Origin: Podarcis tiliguerta
Lineage: Eukaryota
NCBI GenBank assembly: GCA_965153285.1
Contig: OZ229113.1
DNA: 64,000 bases
Strand: one strand, 5' to 3'
Shown piece after piece: positions 12,239 to 24,474 of this stretch. The notes beneath the pieces are model-generated. The model worked only from the letters and a program-made list of their open reading frames with translations. It made no database searches and had not been told where the DNA came from. Positions within the stretch are counted from its first letter, which is position 1; each line of letters starts with the position of its first letter. A program made the position numbers and the translations under genes.

Positions 12239-12410
12239 GCCTAGAGGCATATCACATTTGGCTTTGATCTTTTCTGATCTCACAGACTGAGCAGAATCAT
12301 ACCTCATCAGTACACAGACAGGAGATCTCACAGGAAAATAGAGGTGCAGAGAGAGGTGATTGCTAACAGCCAGACTTTAACAAGGAATTGGCCAGTAATC
12401 TCAGTACTGT
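12239..12410 (+). mobile_element. Ancient 5S rRNA-derived SINE head (AmnSINE1-like) or decayed 5S pseudogene
   Basis: Colinear similarity to 5S rRNA over ~110 nt: GCCTAGAGGCATATCAC ~ GCCTACGGCCATACCAC; TGATCTTTTCTGATCTC ~ CGATCTCGTCTGATCTC; ACTGAGCAG ~ GCTAAGCAG; TCAGTAC..GACAGGAGATC ~ TTAGTAC..GATGGGAGACC. Confidence 0.6.
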
Positions 12411-13079
12411 AGCTTGAAGAGAATGAAGAGTAGTTGAATCCACCGAGTTAATATCAAACTAATATTTTCCTCTTAATTAATATCTTATGACATTTTCCTT
12501 CACATCAAATCTGTTAATCCTGGTGTCTAGACCATACAATAGTGGTTCTAATTACTTTTCCCTACCTATATTGTTTTCAAGTTATTCCAAGGCAGTGTTC
12601 TGAAAGAACTGTGTATCTTCAAGATATTCTCTATCTAAGCAAAACAGGCAAGCATTGATCCTAAACATATGCAGTTCATGAGTGTGTGGGGCTCTTGATC
12701 ACTGAGTTTCTTCCATTGTTGAATCTAACACCCTAAATTTTATAGTACTTTGGGACACTATGTAATAGGGTACAAGAAGAGAGCCATGTTCTTCCTATTC
12801 CCCACTTTCTCCATATTGCCCAAAACAAAACATACCCACATTGAAGGTAATTTCAATTGAATTTGCTCTCAAATAATGGGCGATACAGCTATTACACTGC
12901 AAGTGTTTAATCTGCACTGGACCTAAGTATACTTGTTTCAGATTCAGGTTGTGCCCTTTTAATTCATTATCCAGAAGCCAATTCTTATACATACAGCAGA
13001 CAGAACTCTGGAAAAACACAAGATTCTTTTTGCTCACATGTGTAATACTCACAAAATCCTAATCATGATTTCTTCAGAT

Positions 13080-13124
13080 CACTTAAATTCCATTGATCAC
13101 AACCTACACTTAAATTCCATTGAT
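13080..13124. repeat. Direct repeat CACTTAAATTCCATTGAT x2
   Basis: Two exact 18-nt copies separated by 9 nt. Confidence 0.85.
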
Positions 13125-13371
13125 TTCTGGGAGAATAAAGCACACGGGCATGTGCTTCTAAGAATTTGTAGCTAACCTCATATTAGGCATTGTTTGTTGA
13201 TATGGCTCACAAGGGCACATACATTATTACTTACAATACAGCCCTAGTAATTTAGTACTGTCTTAATAACTCCATTAGTATTTAAATTATATACTGTTAT
13301 ATTACTAATCGACAAGTGGGAAAAAGATAAAGTTAACTTCAAAATAAAAGCAACAATATAATACAAAACTT

Positions 13372-13425
13372 CAAAATGTGAATATTATAGCATGTAATGT
13401 AACTGCAAAATGTGAATATTATAGC
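13372..13425. repeat. Direct repeat CAAAATGTGAATATTATAGC x2
   Basis: Two exact 20-nt copies separated by 14 nt. Confidence 0.85.
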
Positions 13426-13691
13426 CTGACAGAAAAATAGTACCAATTACTGGTCACAAGCACTGTAGGCAACAGGGAGCTCTGGGACTAATCATTCTGT
13501 TCCAGAAGATAAGTAGGACTATTGCCAAGTAAAAGCCTTATCTCATTTATAGGCAGGTGGTGGTCTTTTCCAACCTGAAAGAACTGGAACATATTTAGTA
13601 TATAATATAAGGGTGGAATGGGAGGAGGTTCAATTTGATTCAATTGAATTTAAACTGATTTCTGCAATATTTATCATTATTATAATTACAA

Positions 13692-13787
13692 TTATTGCAT
13701 TTATACCTCCCTTTCCTACAAGGAACTCAAGACACATGGTTCTTTCCTTCTCCATTTCATCCTGAAAACAACCCTGTGAGGTAGGCT
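13692..13787 (-). mobile_element. MIR-like SINE 3' fragment
   Basis: ATTTATACC..CC.TT...AAGGAACTCAAG...CCATTTCATCCT...AACAACCCTGTGAGGTAGG is the characteristic antisense MIR/CORE-SINE end. Confidence 0.55.
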
Positions 13788-15138
13788 CTTTTGCAGAGAG
13801 TTTTATTTGTACTGACTGATGGTCTACTTTATAGCTAAGGACATAGGTGTGACCACAGAGGTTTGATCTTTACTTTATCTATGGTTTTAACATGGTCAGT
13901 AATAGTGTGTTACTGACCTAGCAGCAACCTTTTAGCTTTTTCTAGAAAACGGAAATGCGAACAAAAAGTACCATCAAAGAAAACATCCTGATAATAAGGC
14001 TTGAATACTCTGGGTCAGCAATATGCTAATTTCTCAGTTACATACAAATTAACTTCTACAGCTGACATAAAAAGTATTGAACATTAATAAGTAAGATGTA
14101 AGATGTTTTGGTAAGATGTTTTGGTTTTGTCACTGTATTCCCAGAACTGCTAAGGGAAAGAAAATGTGGTTGCATTTCTCTCCTTTTACTGAAGGAATAT
14201 TGTCTCCATAAGTATGTTTGACTTCTTCTGAACCTTTAATAATGCAACTTCTAATTAATGCTGATCGATGAAAAGGGGGGGTTAAGACTAGCTCAGTGGA
14301 AAGAGCAATAAGGTTAATAGGAAATTTGGTCACTGTCTCAAATTGCAAGAATGGACCAGAGACAGGCAGCTTTACTTTATCCTACTACTAATACGACCCC
14401 ACATTTAATTATTTTCCATACTAAAATATTATAAGATGATTTTTTTAAAAAATTGGAGGATAGAATTTAATTTTATGAGCTTATAGTCTGGGAAGTTGTG
14501 AAAAGCTGTAGTGCCATGCAGCATTATGGTACCTCCTTAAAGTAGCATGGGAAAAGAGAGAAGTTAAACAACAATCATGCTTAATCCCTTGTTTTGGCAT
14601 CATAAATCACTTTGAAACCAGGGTTTCCAACTTTTGCACTGTACTAGGGACTTTAACAGGCATTAGACCACTAGCATGTGATAATGTGCCAGGAAGAGCT
14701 TCACCTTTAATTCCTGCATATAAAGCTGCTGTTAAAAGGCAGGCCATTTCCCCTCCCCTGGGCAGTGGACATATTCAAATACAATCTAATAAGTGAAATG
14801 AAAGATACATAATTTATTACAATTACATATTAAAATGAAAAGTTATTGCACGTGCCAAATGCCTATCAGCCAAACCAGTAGCTTTTCTCTCTTTGAGGAC
14901 ACTAAGCCAACCTGCCAGCTTTGCTACCATCCTCTTTCTCTCTCCAACTTCTTCTCCTTTCCCACCCTGTTCACTGTTTTTTCCTTCTCCTTTTCCCCCA
15001 CAACGGCAGCAAGGGAAAGGGATCCTTTTAGCATATAAATCACTCTGGCTTAAAGACATGTCTGTGATAAAATCATCTTCATTTTGCCAGAATTCCTCTG
15101 CGCAAGTATGGGCCCTCTGAAGCAGATACTACTGGAGC

Positions 15139-15505
15139 GAGATGCGGGTGGCACTGTGGTCTAAGCCGCTGAGCCTCTTGGGCTTGCCCATCATAAGGGA
15201 TGAGCAACTGGGTGAGCGCCCATTGCTTTTTTCCAGCTCCTACCAACCTAGCTGTTTGAAAGCATACCACGCGAGCAGATAAATAGGTACTGCTGCAGCG
15301 TGAAGGTAAATGGTGTTTCTGTGCACTCTGACTTCTGTCACAGTGTTCCATTTCTCCAGAGCAGTTTAGTCATGCTGGCCACATGTATCGGAAAGCTGTC
15401 TGCAGACAAACGGCAGCTTCCTCAGCCTGAAAGAGGAGATGAGTGCCGTACCCCATAGTTGAATTCAACTGGACTTAACCATTCATGGGTCCTTTACCTT
15501 ACCTT
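15139..15505 (+). mobile_element. Sauria SINE (older, diverged copy)
   Basis: Starts GAGATGCGGGTGGCACTGTGG, has core AGATAAATAGGTAC...GAAGGTAAATGG and ends CCTTTACCTTACCTT. 12-bp TSD TACTACTGGAGC at 15127-15138 and 15506-15517. Confidence 0.9.
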
Positions 15506-16949
15506 TACTACTGGAGCAGGCTCTTTCAGCACTTCTCTAAGCAGCACACTCAACTGAATGGGTGTGTTTTGGGGGGCAGGGAATTAAGTTGCAACCACCA
15601 CCACGGCAGGTGCTGATGCTATGCTTGTTTACTGCCATCCCCATCGTCTGGCACTGCCTCTGTGAGTCACCAGGGCAGAGTGGGAGTGGGGAAACCCAGG
15701 CTTTGAACCCAAACTCTGTAATCTTCAAGTATCAATGCTACTCCATGTTTTTCACTCCTCAACTGTTATGTTCATAAGCAAAAAGTGATATAAACTCATC
15801 CCCCCCCCCAAAAAAAAATAAAGCTAAAATTTCAGGGAAGATGCCTGGAATATCCTGCGGAATGTGGGTTCCCATGACACCAGTGCATTGCTATTTATCT
15901 AACTCTGGTTTTGACCTTTCAGGTGGCTGTGACCAAGTGCCTCTTTCCAAATGAGATGTCTAAAAATCGTTCTTCACTGAAATGTTCACAGCCCCTTTCC
16001 CAGCACTGACCTAACAGAAATGTTACGGTTTGGTTCTATTTCCTTGCATCATGATGCACTGTGCATTACTCTCAGTCACAGAGAGTTTGCAAGTAAATGT
16101 AAGATTAAGCATCAGCATCAGCTCTCATCAACTCTAAGCACAAGGCAAAAAATATTTGTGGCTCCTTTCCAAGCAGCAAATTAGACAGTAATCAGCAGGG
16201 TTATACCAAACAAGGCCTGATGCTTTTATCGACTGTATCACTATTTTATGCACAACCTAGTGTTCAGTCAATAGTTGTCATTGGAGGGCAGCCACTTACT
16301 CACTGCTCCTGTCAGTATTTCTTATCTAATTACAGATGAGCTCCAGGTGAAGAAACTTCATCTCATTAACACAGTCTATCTCAACTGCAACTTTCACACA
16401 GATAAGCCTATCCATATTATGCTTTTGCAGCTGCCAAGGATTGTTGCTCCAGAGAATCTTGTTCTTTCTCTCTGCTCTACCACCTAATGTTTTAGTGCAG
16501 TGTGGATATAAGTTGTATAGCATCACAAAGTAAATCATAGATTTAATTAAGAAGCATATTTATGCAGACTTATTAGGAAAACCAATAGCTTGTTACGTTA
16601 ACATATTAAAATGTGCAAAGCTACTTCACCACAACAAAACATTCAGGTAGCTTCTAATCACTGCTGCTTAAAGCTGTATCTGTGATAAAACTAATAAATT
16701 TGGAAAGATTCAGAGAAGTAAGGCAAGTAAATAAAAAGACACACTTTTTAAAAAATATATTTAGAATGTACTGGAATATTAAAGTAAAAGATTATGGGTA
16801 TCTTTTTTCAGGATTATGTGTAATTTAATAATGTTATGCATATCACTGTTTATATACAAAGACAGTTTCTGGTTCTGTGTTTCTGGTTTCTTATTTTCTG
16901 GTCTTATTTTCAAAGTTTTCAAAGTTTCTGAAATTCTTTAAATCTTATA

Positions 16950-17040
16950 CAGTGGTACCTCTGGTTACGAATGCTTCTGGTTATGAGTTCCACTAACCCG
17001 GAAGTACCTGCTCCTGGTTGCAAACTTTGCCCCAAGACAC
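16950..17040 (+). mobile_element. pogo/Tigger-like MITE, left-end fragment
   Basis: TA|CAGTGGTACCTC..GTTAC left TIR and CTAACCCGGAAGTACC internal motif shared with the full copies. No right TIR. Confidence 0.7.
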
Positions 17041-18055
17041 ATATTTTGGATAGGGAAGAATTATACATCACATGCATGCTTCTTTCTTATTGACACTCTG
17101 GAGGGATCAATTAATTTTGGTACTCCAAGGTAAAGTTTTAATCATGAAATACTACTTCATTCAGAGCTCTCCTCCAAGAGAAGAAAGACATAATAATGTA
17201 GGATGCATAATGTAGTATGCATAATGTATAATTATAGAAATTAGTGGCTTGTCTTGCCCAGGAATGCAAGTAACTGATTACTTTTCTAAAAAAGCATTTC
17301 CAGACTTGGAAGTGGCCCAGACAAGGACCATGCAACTGTCTTCAATTGTCCTGCCACAAAATTGCTCTTGTAATTTTGGATTTAACTTAGTTTTTCAAAA
17401 GGATTATTACATTTAAAATACTGTCAGTGGCTATTTACAAAATGCAGTCCATCCATCCCTAAATACATGCACAACTTCAGTACACTTTGGCCACCACTAA
17501 TATGAAAACTGTGATAATTAAAAGCAAGTAAGATGATTTAATTGCAAGGAGCTGACTTATATTTTATCAATTCGTTAACCCATGCTGCACATCAGTTCCC
17601 CAAAGTTTCAAGTGTAGGTCTTTCTCAACTTACTTTTCAAGTATAGATGTTTTATAGATTTAAACATTTCATCTGCCATGGACCTATGATTGTCTTATGT
17701 TGTGGCCTGTACCACAGGTAAATTTCTGTGAGCTACAATCCAGTTCCACTGGACCAAGTTCAGTGCCTTTGTGTTATATACAGAAAGGAAGTGCATGGGT
17801 TTATGCAAACATGAGTTACCTTCTCTCCTCATTCTTTCCCAACCTTACCACATATCTTCTTTGTCCACTGCCAGGCCACAAAATAGCTTTTACATGCTCC
17901 TTATCTGCTGCCTCTGGCAACACTCTCTTTGTCAAACAGTCACATTGATTCAACAGCTTCACTAGCTGGTGTAACACTGACCTAGTATGGTATTTCTTGC
18001 CCTTAATCCTACACACTTTGTTGACATAGCAGATTAAATAGTTCATGAGTGGCAA

Positions 18056-18081
18056 AAGGAAGGAAGGAAGGAAGGAAGGAA
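18056..18081. repeat. (AAGG)n microsatellite
   Basis: Directly visible. Confidence 0.9.
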
Positions 18082-18267
18082 CTATGAGGTAGTCAATGCG
18101 TCATCTATCTGTAAAAGAGCTGTATATAACAACCCATTCTATGTACAGAAATATTTTCAATTCAGTTACTGGGACATAGATGCTCTGTGATAGGAAAATC
18201 AATTATTTTATTCAACTTCTTTATTTGAATATTTTTCAATACATTAACCCACATTCAATTTATCTTT

Positions 18268-19085
18268 TGTTGTTGGCATCTGTCTGTCTCAAGAGACAAT
18301 GGACTGTGCCTCCAGGGGAGATGTAAAAATGATGTGTTAGCTACACTGAAGTGACTACAGTGTGCAAGCCTGGGCAGGGTGTATGGAGGTCCTGAGCTGC
18401 CCAGACGATTAATACACCCCCTTCTTGGCAACACTGATATGGTCCAAAGGAAAGAGGGCAATACATTTGGCACCAGCTTGGTTGCAGAGGTGACTGGAAG
18501 GAGGTGTATAAGAGGCTATCCAACTACCTTAGAGATTCCACTCCAAATTTGTGTAGGGTTTACTCCTTAGCCTTTTCTTCTGAAGATATCCCTCAGGGCA
18601 GCAGATGCTTGGGAAGTTTTTTTAAGGTTTAATGTTTTATTGTGTTTTTATACATGCTGGAAGCTGCCTAGAGTGGCTAGGGCAACGCAGTCAGTTGGGG
18701 TGTTGTTGTTGTTGTTGTTGTTGTTGTTGTGTTCACGGCCCCATCTGCCCCTCACTTCTTTACATAGTACGTGCAGAAACTGCCCTTTTGACCATTGGAT
18801 TCTCTATTGGTCTCATCCACTCATTCAGCCAGAGCCTGCCTTTGCATGCAGTGTAATTCCCTAGCTCACCAAGGGTTTATGACCCATCAGCTACCCTCAC
18901 CTGATTCAGCGGACCAGTCAAAGTCATTTCCTGGAGTGTGGCCACTGTCACATGCTGACAGCTTCTAAGAGTCACAGGAGATAGCTGAGTGCAGGGTGGG
19001 GATCAAAGGTAGACAAACTATCCCAGAATGAGCACAATGTCGTCCCCCCACCTTAGGTACTGCCGTTCTCCTAACGCCTCATATA
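18268..19085 (-). mobile_element. RTE-derived ORF-less element (5' UTR joined to 3' terminus), interrupted by an L2 end
   Basis: 18270-18310 shares the 3' terminus (GTTGGCATC.GTCTGTCTC..GAGACAATGG) with RTE copies at 24781 and 29570-29611. 18340-18610 and 18732-19085 match my recollection of the lizard RTE 5' UTR. No RT-coding sequence lies between them. Confidence 0.6.
18620..18731 (+). mobile_element. L2 extreme 3' end with (TTG)n tract
   Basis: GGAAGCTGCCTAGAGTGGCTAGGG..AC.CAG.CAG.TGGG is the sense version of the L2 3' end at 5250-5295. It is followed by (TTG)n at 18700-18731. Confidence 0.7.
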
Positions 19086-19289
19086 CTCCTCAATGACTCA
19101 CTGCAAATATAACCACCAGTTTTCACTTTCAGTGACCAGATATTAAATTCATTGAAAATTAATGTGATTTACAGTGTAAAATATGCTATAAAATTGTGTC
19201 ACCTCCCAATCTTTTTAATTCTTTTTTTTTTTAAAGCTTTTAGTATCAATAAGTCAATAAGAATATAAGATCTACTAGGGCTTACATAC

Positions 19290-19800
19290 ATCCTATTTTA
19301 AGAGTCAACATTTATCATAAACTGGAACCATTTCCCCAAGAAATCATCTCTAAAAATTCCAGAAAAAAATCACTCATGCATAGATTACAGACAAGATTAT
19401 AAGCAATTTCCACACTTTGTCAAACCAACCTTTAATAGGTGGTACCAGGAGGTATTTTCATTGTGAGGCAATTGAAATTCTTAATGGACGAACTGGGGGC
19501 CTTTTTCAAAGGTTAGTGTGATTTTGTCTTTCTTTTAGAGATAAAATCCAATTATGCACTTCTAAGGTAATAGAAGAAATAATGAAAACTAGATAAATTT
19601 TTTGAGCTGAACTTATATAGAAAAGTTAAACAATCTTTGAGGCTTATTACAATTTTTAAAACAATCCTGGAGTCTTAGTATAATTTAGAATTATTTAACA
19701 GGTTTGAGACAAAAAGGAAATTAAAGCAAAATTACTACCGAAATTATTGTTATAGGAATAGTTGAACAAGAGAGGTACTTCTAGAATTACTGTCTTTAAT
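19290..19800 (+). mobile_element. Possible decayed L1/Tx1 ORF2 fragment
   Basis: A-rich. A frameshifted translation gives F.KPTFNRWYQEGIFIVRQL, resembling the post-RT 'F..W...GI..v..L' L1 motif. Many stops. Confidence 0.3.
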
Positions 19801-19982
19801 TTAGAAACTTGCATGAAGTTTCAGGAAAAAATGAAGTTTTCTTCCTCCTCCCTCTCCAGATACCCAGAACCAACCTAATGAGGACTAAGTATGGTCAGTA
19901 GTCACAGAATGCTGAATGCCCATTGGATGTTTGCATGAGAGAGAAAAAGCAGGTGGGGGTGTAATGAAGTAGGAAGAGAATA

Positions 19983-20200
19983 CAGTGATACCTTGGGTTA
20001 CAGACATTTCAGGTTTCAGACTCCGCTAACCTAGAAATAGTACCTCGGGTTAAGAACTTTGCTTCAGGATGAGAACAGAAATCGTGTGGCGGTGGCAGCG
20101 GGAGGCCCCATTAGCTAAAGTGGTACCTCAGGTTAAGAACAGTTTCAGGTCAAGAACAGACCTCTAGAACGAATTAAGTTCTTAACCCGAGGTACTCGTG
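19983..20200 (+). mobile_element. pogo/Tigger-like (Tc1/mariner) MITE, full length
   Basis: TA-flanked TIRs CAGTGATACCTTGGGTTA ... TAACCCGAGGTACTCGTG. Body near-identical to the copies at 57050 and 58034. Confidence 0.9.
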
Positions 20201-21535
20201 TATTGAACATGAGCATTCAACTTTCTAAGGTTTTATTATAGGTTATACTTGTGAGACCTAAATTCAATTCATACATTATCACAGAAGCTTATAAAAAATT
20301 CCATGTGGCTTTCTCAAGCAATCCTGGGAACATTTAAATATGGTAACAGAACAGGTAAATCGGTTTTGTCAGTTCCTTGTGACTCTCACACCACCCTCTG
20401 TATTGCTAGGGCAATTATTATGTTATGAGGAACCACAACAATGGCTACATCCATAGTTTCTGAATGAAGTGTTCACTGAAGTGGCTCACATACCATGTCC
20501 AGTAACGTGAATTTCCTTTGTTTCCAAATAAAGTTATTCAGATCCACCCATAAGGAAAATCAATTAAGAAAGGATTATGATGAATTAACTCGGAGATCAG
20601 CTTTACTTAAAAAGATAGCTTTCTAGCAAACACTGCACAGAACACCAAATGCCCTAGCAACAATGCTACTGGGAAAAATGATCACTTCCTATCTGAAGAG
20701 TTCTGTGTAGATTAAACAGAACTATGTATGCCAAACTTGTCAACAACATTAAGAGCAAATAAAAAGGCAGATACATTTGCTAGGATACAACTCTAGACCT
20801 TTGTAACCTGTACTTCAGTATGTATGGGGAGGCAATTGTATGGGTGAGCAGAGCTGCTCCAGGTTGGAAAGCAGGTGTACTGAGGGCAGCAGGGAAAGCT
20901 GGTGCCTCCAATCAGACTAATGTCCAACTGTGTAGCTAAATAAATAAATGTGCATGATGGGAGCCAATAACAGAGCTCTACAGTCACCAGTAAGAAAGGT
21001 TTTGTCTTAGCTCCACTTCTCTCAAGAAGTGTCTTTCCCAGGGCATAAATAACAAACTTGGGAAGCTAGTTTGGCTTAGCCGTGTACTGAAGAAGTCCCA
21101 TGACTATGGGAGATAGGTGAATGTGTCTCTTGATGCAATTTTCTTTTGCTGGAAGCAGATGTGTCGCAATTTGGACAGAGATTGCAGAAACTCTCCAACC
21201 CGACAGCTATCTTTTCAAACAAGAAAATTACATTCATGCACCTCCCAATTAAAGCCCAATTCCATCAGAATATTTTTTTTAATCCATTAGTGTAGCATTA
21301 TATCCAAATGAAAGTATTACATGAATATTTCAAGAAAGATCCATGTGCAGGAAACTCGAGTGCCCTCACCATGAATCTTTACTGCAAAACCTATTAGATT
21401 TTTCATCCCAATTAGATAACTTTCATGAGTATACAAGGGAATCAGTTCTGAAAACAATGCCATGGCCTGTGCTCCAAAATTTTCCAGAAGCAATAATTTA
21501 TTTGAGTTTGATTTTGGTGACTGAGATTAAGCTTT

Positions 21536-21536
<1 letters not shown>

Positions 21537-21566
<30 letters not shown>
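21537..21566. repeat. (GT)n microsatellite
   Basis: Directly visible. Confidence 0.95.
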
Positions 21567-21569
<3 letters not shown>

Positions 21570-23209
21570 ACCCAATTCTGAGTTCCAGAATTGGGCAGGT
21601 TAAAAAGTTAAATAAATATTATGAAACCTAATAAATGACATACGTTGTTCAATATCTGCCTGTGAATGCCTTGAACTATCACACTAATTAGTCTGAAGAA
21701 AACCTGTAGCAATTTGTGGAAGAATAATTTCAGATTCAGTTAGACCTTGTTATTCCACTTAATTGCCTCAAGGCTTCATGGAACATTTGGCAAATTCAGA
21801 ACTGAAAGAATAATAATGTTTGCTTTGATCAGTTTGAAACTGCAAATGCCAGTCTCCACCCCTTCTTCTATGCAACTGTAGAAAACAGATTAGAAAAAAA
21901 GAGTCTAGTTTATTTTTTCATAACTGATTAGTCATTCTTTACAATGACCCCGTATGGAGAATATTTATGGACTTAGTTGATTCAAACAGTTTTAAACCAG
22001 CATGGATCAAGATCGAGAATACATATGACTAAAAAGGACAATATACATGATTTATAAAGGTTTTTATTCTTCAGCATTGCTTTTCTATAAACCATTTCTG
22101 AAGTTTTTGGATTCTTACAAATAGAAACCTTCAGAATGGAACAGAAAATCTACAGAACTCCATTGAAACAAACTCTCCGTCTCTCTTACTTACACTCACA
22201 CCCTCATACAGCTTTACAAATTCAACTGCATTCCAATCACTAATTCTAAGCTACCATCATATATCTTCACTCTTAATAAATGTAAAACATTATTAATAGA
22301 GACATATTTTAAAATCTGAAAATGTGCTTTAGACACAGTGCAATTATATGCATGCTTCCTTGTGATCTCTTTTATCCACTGTGAAAAGCTCCTGTCATGA
22401 CAAACAGGCAGTGGTGGCTGGACTCCTGCACATATACATGTGTACACACAATCCAATCTGCAATTGCATTTAATTAATTATTTTTTCTTAACTTGCATTT
22501 AATTGATTATTATTTTTCTTTTAATTGAATTTAAAAGAAGAATTGGCAAAAAAGACTGTAAGGTCCATTGGACTTCCAATATCACCATGAGAGTAAAAGG
22601 GCTTATATACCCTTCTTTCTGCTGAAGAGTATTCCCTTCCATTTTCCAAATAAAAAGCCATCCCTTCACATTTTCCAAACTTATGGCAGTGGAGACAGCT
22701 CCAGGAATCTGTGGCACGGATAGCGGTTTAGCTTCAGGCCCTGGAGGCTGGCAAAAGCATGGTCAGCAACATTGTACTCCAGACAGTAACTACTAGGGAT
22801 CCATGGGGTCCTTTCACACTTAGCTTCTTTTTCCACTTGCAGAAGAAACATACAGGGATACACAATTTGGTCCATCTTATCTTCATCAGCTGCTTAGGTT
22901 ATACATACAATTTTAAAAGGAGGGGAGAGAAATGGGGGGGGGACAATTGAAAATGAAAGTGACAAAATAGTAAATCAACTTTTGGGAAATTAAAGGGGAA
23001 GCAGAAAAAAAGATTGTGTGCATGTCTGTGAAATTGATCCCTTTCAAATCGACCAAGACCCAGTAATAGTTTCGCTCCAATCTGAAATGGACTCTGAGCA
23101 GACTCCAGGTATCCAGGACCTGAACCCTTCCATTATTAGATTTTCTTCCATCATTATAGGAAGTAAACCAAAGAGGATAGGACTTTGTTGCAGAAGCATC
23201 AGCGACTAC

Positions 23210-23378
23210 CAGGCCCATGCAGAGAGTGGGGGCAACCAAGGACGCTTGCCTTGAGCCTCAGAGAGGTAAGCTGGCCAGGAGGACCCGCCAGTGCCTGGCT
23301 GCTTTTTGTTTGAGTTTGTAACTTTATTCTAACAAGACTCCTGTCCTGGGTCTCTCATACAAGCTCTGCACAGGCCTG
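23210..23378. mobile_element. hAT-type MITE
   Basis: TIRs CAGGCCCATGCAGAG / CTCTGCACAGGCCTG (13/15). 8-bp flanks GCGACTAC / GTGGCTAC (6/8, both transitions). Confidence 0.7.
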
Positions 23379-24474
23379 GTGGCTACTGTTGCAATAGTAT
23401 TTGGATGGGTCCCCGCAGAGATGTACGCAAACAAGTTGCCACTTCTTGCAGGTATTGGGTTTTGTTTGTGTAATCATATGAGCATTTGCCTTAGCAGTTC
23501 ATTACAAACCATTAGTCAGAGTTTAACTGCATATTGTCATGTTAACACATGATCTAATAATACTTTTCTCATATGGTGAGCCTTGGTTATCAAATAATTA
23601 TTTACTTGAGTCCATCTGTTATCACAAATCTTTATCTTGCCATGTCAGTCTAACAGACAGGTTGAGAGTCACTTGGGAACCTGCTGACGTGAATTCACTT
23701 TCAATGATTACTGTACAAAACTGGGGAGATGAGCATGGCTGTAAGTAGAGGTGCTTAGGTCCATGGGAGGATTATAGTATGCTTAAAGGGTGAAGGTGCA
23801 ACGATCAAGAAAAAAACCTTAATTATAAGTATTTGTTATACCTGAACCTATTCGTATACTCTAAACATTAACATTTGTTGCATTTGATAAGAATGTGTTA
23901 TGGTGTTGTTTAGTTTAGTTCAGGACAGTGCAGATTCCCACTATCTTAGTGGGCATGTAAGATCTCAGATGTTCTATTGCCAAATTAAAAAGCATCTTGC
24001 TGAAGACTTTCTGTGAATATGGCACATTATGTTAAATTAAGTATAGCAAGAGAGTCCTGTAACCAACTGACAAGAAGTTATAGCAAGCATTAGGAGTAGG
24101 TAAAGCTACATTGATTAAGGAGGTTCAGCAAAACTGAGACATTACCCAGTTTCTCACTAGGCACCACAGTGAGAAAATGACACCAATAGGCCTCAATGTC
24201 TTAGTGGTATCAGTAGTCAGTAGATCAATCTTCTCCCTCTACCCATCTGTAGTTGCATGATTATAAACCACTAACACTGATTGGCAAGTGGTGCTCACTG
24301 TTCCATGCTAGTAGTTCAAAAGATTGTTAACAAGCATACTGCTTTCATATAACACTGAGGAAATCACAAATATAGAAGGAAAGCAACAAACAGGCTTTGA
24401 AACAAACAGCTAAGAATGAATGCAGAAATATACAGGTTTCCAATGATCAACACAGCTGCCTGGAGACACAAATG

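Noticed and set aside
20802-21205. Possible solo LTR (TGTAAC...GACA)
   Set aside because: No TSD, and the AATAAA position is atypical. Insufficient support.
22913-23254. Protein-like ORFs on both strands
   Set aside because: No homology recognised, and the ORF ends run into a hAT MITE at 23210.
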